Below are positions 17,744 to 24,261 of a stretch of 64,000 bases of DNA, piece after piece (the stretch's first letter is position 1; each line of letters starts with the position of its first letter). The notes under the pieces are model-generated. The model was not told where the DNA came from, did not search any database, and saw only the letters and a list, made by a program, of their open reading frames with translations. This DNA is from an uncultured Candidatus Saccharibacteria bacterium (lineage in GTDB: Bacteria; Patescibacteriota; Saccharimonadia; Saccharimonadales; Saccharimonadaceae), in contig CAYTPD010000003.1 in the NCBI GenBank assembly GCA_964439975.1, positions 764-64,763 of the forward strand, written 5' to 3'. The position numbers and the translations under genes are program-made.

Positions 17744-18435
17744 CCAAAATCATGTTAGTCGAAGATGATAACAGTCTTCGGGAGATTTATAGTATTCGTT
17801 TAACGGCGGAAGGTTACACGATTGTTGCGGCTGGAGACGGTGAGGAGGCGCTGGCCATGGCAGTGCGCGAACGCCCTGACTTGATCATCTCTGATGTTAT
17901 GATGCCGAAAATTTCAGGTTTTGACATGTTGGATATTCTTCGCTCAACGCCCGAAACGAAGGATATTCGAGTCATCATGATGACAGCTTTGTCGAGTGAG
18001 GATCAACGCAATCGGGGCGAAAATCTAGGCGCTGATCGCTATTTAGTCAAGTCACAGGTCGGGATAGAGGACGTTGTGAACGCCGTGCATGAAGTTTTGG
18101 GCGATCGCAATACGGACGGAACAATTAACGCAAGCGTGAACTTAAATGAAACTTCGCAAAATGTGCCCCAGCCAGCACAGCAAGGTGTCGGACAAACTGT
18201 ACCTCAAGCTTCACCGATCCCGGTCGGCCCAGCTCAAGGAATGCCTGCGCAGGCGAGCTCGATTCCGCCAATGCCAGCGCCTGTCGCGGGAGCACCGATC
18301 GCTCCAAACCAGATTCAAGCTAGCGAACAAGTCAGTGTCGGTCCGCAAGTTCAAAGTGAGGCGCCAGCCGTACCAGAGCCGGCAAGTTTCGTGGCGCCGA
18401 TCACGAATAGCGTTGAGCCTGGTCAGCCATCTTAG
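17740..18435 (+). CDS. single-domain response regulator (REC only) with a P/Q/A-rich tail and no recognisable output domain
   Basis: MLVEDD...DLIISDVMMPKISGFD...MMTAL...YLVKS receiver motifs. Residues ~125-231 are low complexity. ATGA overlap with the kinase. Confidence 0.8.
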   Translation: MTKIMLVEDDNSLREIYSIRLTAEGYTIVAAGDGEEALAMAVRERPDLIISDVMMPKISGFDMLDILRSTPETKDIRVIMMTALSSEDQRNRGENLGADRYLVKSQVGIEDVVNAVHEVLGDRNTDGTINASVNLNETSQNVPQPAQQGVGQTVPQASPIPVGPAQGMPAQASSIPPMPAPVAGAPIAPNQIQASEQVSVGPQVQSEAPAVPEPASFVAPITNSVEPGQPS

Positions 18436-18468
18436 GCTTTAACATATCAGTCATGGTATAATGAGACC

Positions 18469-19278
18469 ATGGAGAAGAAAGCGGTTCGGCTGAATAAGTT
18501 TTTGGCGCAAAAATTGGGAATTTCACGACGCTTGGCGGATGATTTGATCGTTTTTGGAGCGGTAAAAGTCAACCAAAATGTGGCAAAATTAGGCCAACGT
18601 ATTGACTTTTCTGACAATGTGTGCTATAATGAAGAGATGGGCGCGATTTCTAGCATCCGAGGGAGGCTGTGTCGCGAAATAAAGAAGAGAGGCGAGAATT
18701 TTGTAGCTTTGTCGGAGGATTTTGAAGAAAAGTTGGAATTATTGGTGGCTGGCTTGCGACCGGAAAAACTGAAATATACCTATGTCGCCCTCAACAAACC
18801 CGTCGGCTATGTTTGTTCAAAGCGTCAACAAGCAGAAGCGCCGACGATTTTTGCTTTATTGCCGAAAAAATGGCAAGATCTCAAGACGGTTGGCAGGCTG
18901 GATAAGGACTCTTCGGGCTTGATTTTGTTGACAAATGATGGTGACTTTACGTTTAGAATGACTCATCCGAGCTTTACCAAAACCAAAATTTATGAGGTTG
19001 AACTTGATCGTCCCCTTTCGCCCCTACATCAGCAAGAAATCGCTGAGTTCGGCATCGAGATTGGTGACGGAGTCTCGAAATTGGGGCTGGAACGCGAGGA
19101 TGAGACGCGTAAGCGCTGGGAGGTTAGTATGCATGAAGGTCGAAATCGGCAGATCCGTCGCACCTTTGGAGCGCTTGGCTACACTGTGGTCGCTTTGAAG
19201 CGGATACAATTCGGGCCATACCAATTGACTGGACTCAAGGAAGGCGAGGCAGTCGAGGTGCCTCTTGTATTGGTTTAG
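18469..19278 (+). CDS. pseudouridine synthase, RsuA/RluB family (S4 domain plus catalytic domain)
   Basis: S4-like VRLNKFLAQKLGISRRLADDLI. YVALNKPVGYVCS and GRLDKDSSGLILLTNDGDF catalytic motifs, plus GRNRQIRR. TGGTATAAT lies 6 nt upstream of the ATG. Confidence 0.85.
   Translation: MEKKAVRLNKFLAQKLGISRRLADDLIVFGAVKVNQNVAKLGQRIDFSDNVCYNEEMGAISSIRGRLCREIKKRGENFVALSEDFEEKLELLVAGLRPEKLKYTYVALNKPVGYVCSKRQQAEAPTIFALLPKKWQDLKTVGRLDKDSSGLILLTNDGDFTFRMTHPSFTKTKIYEVELDRPLSPLHQQEIAEFGIEIGDGVSKLGLEREDETRKRWEVSMHEGRNRQIRRTFGALGYTVVALKRIQFGPYQLTGLKEGEAVEVPLVLV
18602..18630 (+). promoter_or_regulatory. near-consensus promoter nested inside the pseudouridine synthase ORF
   Basis: TTGACT 18602-18607, N17 ending TGTGC, TATAAT 18625-18630. 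An in-frame ATG at 18637 lies exactly 6 nt downstream. Confidence 0.45.
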
Positions 19279-19423
19279 GTAGTCTTTCTGAGTTTACTCT
19301 TCTTCTAGGATTAGTAAAGTATCTTCCATGCACATAGTACTAGTTGCTGTAAATCTAGGAGAACGTTCTATTTGCCATTTTCTACTTTCGTTTCTAACAA
19401 GAGGATTCTTTTTCGTAGTAGTA

Positions 19424-19528
19424 CTAGCTTGCCTTTCTTCGAGACCCACTCCAGCGCCCGTCTTCACGGGGCTGTCGTTCCTCGTGCCGAGCTTCGGCAC
19501 TCTTTTAATCTCTTGAAAGGCAAGCTAG
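19424..19528. other. 105-nt palindromic structured element (14-bp perfect outer stem enclosing two GC-rich hairpins)
   Basis: CTAGCTTGCCTTTC 19424-19437 pairs with GAAAGGCAAGCTAG 19515-19528. Inner hairpins are CCCG-TCTTCA-CGGG (19457-19470) and GTGCCGA-GCT-TCGGCAC (19484-19500), the latter followed by TCTTTTAAT. Confidence 0.5.
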
Positions 19529-19623
19529 CACTATTACAAATCGATGCATATTCTTAGAAAAGAAAAGTAGAAGAAAATATCAAATAATATTATTCGAGAG
19601 TTAATATTATTTCTCTCCTAATT

Positions 19624-19804
19624 ATCCTATGTGCGGAGCGGGTATATTTATTTGCATGAATATGTTTTATGGAATTCTAATTTTGAAGGATATTATTGGC
19701 TAAATATGACTAATTCTGGAATATGGAGTGCTTATAGCTTTGGTATGAATATGTTATATACTAATTCGTTATTTCCTACTAATCGTTACAATGCTTTCCC
19801 CGTC
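19624..19804 (+). other. cassette A: 181-bp truncated coding module (58 codons from an internal GTG), Asn-rich
   Basis: Starts with ATCCTATGTGCGGAGCGGGTAT and ends with GCTTTCCCCGTC. An in-frame stop lies 4 codons upstream of the GTG. No RBS. Confidence 0.7.
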
Positions 19805-19837
19805 AAGCTAAACAAAGATAGTATTCTTTCCTCTATA

Positions 19838-20018
19838 ATCCTATGTGCGGAGCGGGTATGCAACGCCATTGCTTGGCACATTGAGATTTGCGGGTATTGA
19901 TGGCTATAATTGGTCACAATTTGCCAGAACAGAGGATGAATATGCCTACGCTTTTAGCTTAAACCATCAAGAAACTTACGCATCCCGCTATGGTGATCGA
20001 TTTGTTGCTTCCCCCGTC
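19838..20018 (+). other. cassette B: 181-bp truncated coding module
   Basis: Identical 22-bp 5' box; 3' box GCTTCCCCCGTC. TATAAT lies 5 nt upstream of the GTG. An in-frame stop lies 3 codons upstream. Confidence 0.7.
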
Positions 20019-20026
20019 ATGCATTG

Positions 20027-20207
20027 GACGAGCAAAGCAGTGTAGCGGCTGCGATAATTGAATGAGTAGATCCTTTGATTATCCATGACGAGGTAGTGAG
20101 CGTAATACGTCTCCAGTCGAGCCATGCCCGACCAATTATAAGCATTAGCGCCAGCGTTCCTCACGGTATTATAGTCCAAATCAATATTTCCGCTCCGCAC
20201 ATAGGAT
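20027..20207 (-). other. cassette C: 181-bp truncated coding module, inverted, tail-to-tail with B
   Basis: 5' box matches 20/22 (ATCCTATGTGCGGAGCGGAAAT). 3' box GCTTTGCTCGTC. Only 8 nt separate the B and C 3' boxes. Confidence 0.7.
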
Positions 20208-20251
20208 AGTAAAAGAGAGATAATGTAGCTAAATTAGAGGTTTGCTAGCGT

Positions 20252-21949
20252 TTAGAAAAGCGAAGAATTGAGATAGTAATAATATTCTAGAAGTTCGGGG
20301 GAATAATTTTTGACGATCGCGAGCTGAGGGTTCGATGTGCTGGCTCTGTTTGTGGGTGAATTTGAGCGACGAGCTGTCTGATTCTGCGTTTGGTTGCGGG
20401 AAGGGACGATAAGCATGCGTGTAATACCGATTTGCTCAACGAAGGCGGGATTATGACTAACCATGATAATCGTGCCACTATATTCGCGCAAGTTCTCGCC
20501 GATGATTTTCTGAGTTTCAGGGTCAAAATGATTGGTTGGCTCATCCAGGACGACCAGGTTAGCGCGCTGCAGAAGCGTTTTACAGAGCGCGACCCGAGCT
20601 TTTTCGCCAGGCGACAAAACACTAACTTTCTTATAAATATCGTCGTCATAGAAGAGAAAATTGGCTAACATAGCGCGCAATTCCGTCTGAGTAAAATCAT
20701 ACGAAGTAATATTTTCGAGAATCGTGCGTCGTTCGTCAAGAATCTCGAGCTCTTGCGCATAATATGCAATCGAGGTGTGCGCTCCGAGGATGATTGATCC
20801 TGCTTGAGGTTGCAATTCGCCGACAATAAGTTTAAGCAACGTCGATTTACCGGCACCGTTTTCGCCAACAACAAGAAATTTTTCGCCCCGCGTCAGGCTA
20901 AAGGAAAGGTTATGATAAATCTCCGGTCCTTCGTCATAAGCGAAGGATAGATTTTGTACTTCGAGCGGAGTTTTACTGCTGAACTGAGCAGGTGCAAGAT
21001 TCAAGTTCACTCGAGCGTATTCGCGTTCGCGTTCGCCTAGTTCAGCCAGCTTTTTGGCTAAAACTTTTTCACGTTGATGCCCCATGCCGATCAGGGCAGT
21101 ATTGGAACGCTTTGTGGCGCGCGCCCGAGCGACAAATTCGCTCAAGCGTTTTATTTCACGCTCTTGCTCAGAAATTCGCATATCGGCAGCAGCTTTTTCC
21201 TCAGCATATTGACGACGGAAATCGCTATACGATCCGGGGTAGACTTTCATCTTATGCGTGACTTTGTTGAGAAAAAGGGTATGATCAGTGACAGCATCGA
21301 GAAATTCTACGTCATGCGAGATGACTAATACCGTACCTTGGTAATGCTTGAGAAAATTGATGACGAATTGTTTAGTGGCGACGTCGAGGTGGTTGGTGGG
21401 CTCATCCAACAATAATAACCCAGCATTCTCAAACAATACGCGCGCGAAAGCAACTTTTGATTTTTGCCCACCCGAAAGTTCCGACATGGGTTGATCCATG
21501 ATCGACGAAAGTTGCATTTTTTCGAGAATTTTGAGCAACTCATAATCAAAATTGGCGAAATCGTAAGAATCAATTAAATCTTGCAACTTTGTAATACGCT
21601 CAAGAATAGTTGCACTATCAGGATACCGGGCTAGTTTTTCATACTCAGTGTTCAATTTCGCCTGAAGCTCATCAATAGGTCGACCGAGCGCCACATATTC
21701 CCAAACCGTCACTGTGCTTTGGTCGGGCGGAATAATGATCTCTTGGGGCAAATAGCCAATCCGCAGGCTAGAAGTGTCAATTTTGCCATCATCCAACGGT
21801 TGTTGACCAAGGATAATCCGAAAAAGCGTCGTCTTCCCTGCGCCGTTTACGCCTACCACCCCGACTTTGGCGTGGTTCTCAAAATGAAAATCACAGTCAT
21901 CATAAATGACTTTTGCACCATAAGACAAGTTGAGATGTGTAGCTTTCAT
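20252..21949 (-). CDS. ABC-F family ATPase (two ABC domains, no TM) with a low-complexity C-terminal tail
   Basis: Two Walker A motifs (GVNGAGKTT, GENGAGKST), LSGGQK / LSPGEK signatures and LLLDEPTNHLD / VVLDEPTNHFD. ATG 21949 lies 6 nt after TGTTATAAT. Confidence 0.85.
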   Translation of the reverse strand: MKATHLNLSYGAKVIYDDCDFHFENHAKVGVVGVNGAGKTTLFRIILGQQPLDDGKIDTSSLRIGYLPQEIIIPPDQSTVTVWEYVALGRPIDELQAKLNTEYEKLARYPDSATILERITKLQDLIDSYDFANFDYELLKILEKMQLSSIMDQPMSELSGGQKSKVAFARVLFENAGLLLLDEPTNHLDVATKQFVINFLKHYQGTVLVISHDVEFLDAVTDHTLFLNKVTHKMKVYPGSYSDFRRQYAEEKAAADMRISEQEREIKRLSEFVARARATKRSNTALIGMGHQREKVLAKKLAELGEREREYARVNLNLAPAQFSSKTPLEVQNLSFAYDEGPEIYHNLSFSLTRGEKFLVVGENGAGKSTLLKLIVGELQPQAGSIILGAHTSIAYYAQELEILDERRTILENITSYDFTQTELRAMLANFLFYDDDIYKKVSVLSPGEKARVALCKTLLQRANLVVLDEPTNHFDPETQKIIGENLREYSGTIIMVSHNPAFVEQIGITRMLIVPSRNQTQNQTARRSNSPTNRASTSNPQLAIVKNYSPELLEYYYYLNSSLF

Positions 21950-22075
21950 TATCACATTATAACATATTTTCTTTGGTTTTACTGGTGGCTGGATACGTAG
22001 CGACTTGATACCACTTCACTGTAATTGTTTGACCGTTTAGTGAAATTTTGTGGTATAATTGAAATATCATGGCGT

Positions 22076-22152
22076 GCACTCGTAGCTCAGTGGATTAGAG
22101 CACTGGTCTTCGGAACCAGGTGTCGTAGGTTCGAATCCTATCGAGTGCGCCA
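22076..22152 (+). tRNA. tRNA-Arg (anticodon TCG), CCA encoded
   Basis: GCACTCG TA GCTC AGTGGATTA GAGC A CTGGT CTTCGGA ACCAG GTGTC GTAGG TTCGAAT CCTAT CGAGTGC G CCA. TGTGGTATAAT promoter about 20 nt upstream. Confidence 0.9.
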
Positions 22153-22158
22153 CACGAT

Positions 22159-22179
22159 CGACTCAGGGAGTCGTTTTTT
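22159..22179 (+). terminator. intrinsic terminator after tRNA-Arg(TCG)
   Basis: CGACTC-AGG-GAGTCG followed by TTTTTT. Confidence 0.75.
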
Positions 22180-22290
22180 GTTCGGAGGCTTCGAGGTTAC
22201 CTCCAAACAACATGATCTATTCTCTATTTCTTGTTTGGTTTCAGCCGATTAAAGCTCACGATGCTCTAAATATATTATCCCTCTTCCACT

Positions 22291-22471
22291 ATCCTATGTG
22301 CGGAGCGGGTATATTGATCCTCGATATCAAACTTTGCCTTACGGAGGTATTTCCATTTTTAATTGGTTGGGCGTGGCTCGGCCAGAACATACCTACGCCG
22401 ATGGTCTCGGCATAGATGATCAGAATATTTATTCGCGTGCACACTATGATCGCTATATTGCTTTCCCCGTC
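22291..22471 (+). other. cassette D: fourth 181-bp truncated coding module
   Basis: Identical 22-bp 5' box at 22291-22312. 3' box GCTTTCCCCGTC at 22460-22471. Stop 3 codons later. An in-frame stop lies 10 codons upstream of the GTG. Confidence 0.7.
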
Positions 22472-22510
22472 TCGCGTAGCTAAAATTCTCATAAGCTTCG
22501 CTTGGTTTGT

Positions 22511-22790
22511 AAAATTTGGAATGAAAATTTCTCGTAACTGAAAAATTCGAAAGGAAATTGTTTTTCTAACCTGGAATTCGGAACAGGATTTTTTCCTGCC
22601 TTAAAAATTCGGAATTAATTTTTGGCATTTTTATGATTTTTCATCCCTATAAAGGCTCGAAAAATCGGAATTTGAAATTATAATTCTGAAGTTGGGAAAA
22701 ATTCGAAACTGGTTCCGCTAACTGGATGAAATTTTGAAATGGGAATTTCTTGTCTGCTAAAATTTTGAATGAGCAAAGGATTAAGTTTAT
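22511..22790. repeat. degenerate tandem array, about 8 units of ~30-33 bp with core AAAAWTYGRAAW
   Basis: Cores start at 22511, 22541, 22574, 22603, 22660, 22697, 22729 and 22759. Examples: AAAAATTCGAAAGGAAATTG, AAAAATTCGGAATTAATTT, AAAAATCGGAATTTGAAATT, AAAAATTCGAAACTGG. Confidence 0.6.
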
Positions 22791-22808
22791 ATTTCACGAT
22801 AGCGAATG

Positions 22809-22883
22809 TGGTACGCTTGGCCGGAGTCGAACCGACATTACTGGCTCCGGAGGCCAGCGTTCTATCCATTGAACTACAAGCGC
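22809..22883 (-). tRNA. tRNA-Arg (anticodon CCG), CCA encoded
   Basis: GCGCTTG TA GTTC AATGGATA GAAC G CTGGC CTCCGGA GCCAG TAAT GTCGG TTCGACT CCGGC CAAGCGT A CCA. G1-U72 wobble. Confidence 0.8.
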
Positions 22884-22964
22884 AGGTTGTAAGATTAGTT
22901 TAGCATAAAATAGCCCCGGACGCTACTCTGGGGAGCAAAGTAATAATTCTCAAGCCTGTAAAAA

Positions 22965-23438
22965 TTAGGTTTTGAGGCGCTGTTGGAGCCAATCGGCGAA
23001 ACCGTCTAGGGTCGTGTAGGCTTTTGCGTCTTCGCTAGCATCGGCACGCAAAAAATCTTTGACCTTGCCGTTCTGGAAAATAATAACTGAGGGATAGAAT
23101 TTGACTTCGGGTGCTAAATTACTCGTTTTGAGCTCGGAAAAAGCAGTCTCGAAGACAGTCAATTTAGATTGGCTAAGATATTCTTGAATAATCTTACGCA
23201 GATCATCCGCCGTACGACAATTTGGCTGGCTGACGAAGACGAGGAAGGATTTTTTCTGTTCGGCGAGTTGGCCTAAATCGTCAGCGGAAATTTGCTCAAG
23301 CTTGCTCTGCTGGTAAAATTCTGGACTGAGTTTGACTCGCGTAGCTTTTTGCCAGGCGAAAATACCAACTCCAGCTATTAGAACTAGGGCGAGAAGCGCG
23401 AGGGTAATAATAATGATCGAGCGATGAGATTTTTTCAT
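22965..23438 (-). CDS. membrane-anchored thioredoxin-fold protein lacking a CxxC motif
   Basis: N-terminal TM IIIITLALLALVLIAGVGIFAW. SFLVFVSQPNCRTAD ... YPSVIIFQNGKV resembles a thioredoxin fold with a single Cys. Confidence 0.5.
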   Translation of the reverse strand: MKKSHRSIIIITLALLALVLIAGVGIFAWQKATRVKLSPEFYQQSKLEQISADDLGQLAEQKKSFLVFVSQPNCRTADDLRKIIQEYLSQSKLTVFETAFSELKTSNLAPEVKFYPSVIIFQNGKVKDFLRADASEDAKAYTTLDGFADWLQQRLKT

Positions 23439-24193
23439 TTTTGTAGAGCGTGCAAGGTCGTAAAATTAATATCATGGTAGGGCACTTTCCAGAAATCATA
23501 AGAAACATCACCATAGGTTGTATTTTTCACTTCGACCTTATGATCGCCATCGTAGCTCCAATAGGCACCCACGTTGTAGATTTTGTTGGCATCCCAACCC
23601 AGCTTAGTCAACAATTCTTTAGTCATGCCAGCATAGCCACCTCCGCCACACATGAGAAAAATGTTTTTGTCCTGCGGAAAGAGATATTCAAGAATGGCCA
23701 TTGATTCGGCATAATTGGGCGAATAATTACCATTTTCATCCAGGGTAAACAAGGTCGGGCCGGTATAAGTTGCGCCAACCTCGGGCGGGAGATTTGTCGT
23801 ATTGACTAGATAAGGATACGGCACGACTTCAAAACCGTCAACAAAGCCCGAAAGGTAAGAATCTCCGCCAATTGCAGCATAGTTGGCTGGGTCGACGAGC
23901 AAGCGCATATCACGATAAACCGAGTCGGTCCGGCCGAGATATTGATCGATCGTGGCTTCGTTAATATTAGCATCAATACCAAATTGCTCACCCCGAATCC
24001 CCTCGGATCGCTCTGGCGCTGGAAGAACAGGGAGCGTCGTCTCGGCTAAAGAATCGTCACTGGCGCTCGGCGAAGCTCGAAAGGTCGAGTCCCAAAGTGC
24101 GACCGGAACAATCACACAGGCCGAAAGAATAATAATTGCGAGAATAGTGGCGCCAAGAATTTTTAAAATTTGATGTGTATTTTTGCCAGTCAT
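23435..24193 (-). CDS. membrane-anchored rhodanese-like domain protein
   Basis: TM ILGATILAIIILSACVIVPVAL. VYRDMRLLVD ... DKNIFLMCGGGGYAGMTKELLTKLGWDANKIYNVG matches the rhodanese-homology layout (recalled). ATGA overlap with the downstream gene. Confidence 0.5.
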   Translation of the reverse strand: MTGKNTHQILKILGATILAIIILSACVIVPVALWDSTFRASPSASDDSLAETTLPVLPAPERSEGIRGEQFGIDANINEATIDQYLGRTDSVYRDMRLLVDPANYAAIGGDSYLSGFVDGFEVVPYPYLVNTTNLPPEVGATYTGPTLFTLDENGNYSPNYAESMAILEYLFPQDKNIFLMCGGGGYAGMTKELLTKLGWDANKIYNVGAYWSYDGDHKVEVKNTTYGDVSYDFWKVPYHDINFTTLHALQK

Positions 24194-24261
24194 ATGCTTC
24201 CTAAGTTACTTGTTCTTATTATAGCATAAGACGACAGAAAGCGGAGAGGAGATAAACAAGA

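Noticed and set aside
19329-19350. Possible fifth, degenerate cassette box on the minus strand (ACTAGTACTATGTGCATGGAAG)
   Set aside because: Only about 9-11 nt (ACTATGTGC) match the 22-mer. The downstream frame shows none of the conserved W/R/A/V positions and runs into the synthase gene end.
19424-19528. Assigning the palindromic element or the 8847-8998 RNA to SRP RNA, 6S RNA, a hammerhead or a twister
   Set aside because: I could not find the diagnostic motifs by eye: the GGAA/AGCA helix-8 loops of SRP RNA, CUGAUGA…GAAA of the hammerhead, or the twister core. Both are left unassigned.
19624-22471. Diversity-generating retroelement (TR/VR pair) as the explanation for the cassettes
   Set aside because: The cassette bodies differ at all four bases, not only at adenine positions. 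No reverse transcriptase or Avd-like gene is in the window. An off-window DGR cannot be excluded, but the TR/VR signature is absent.
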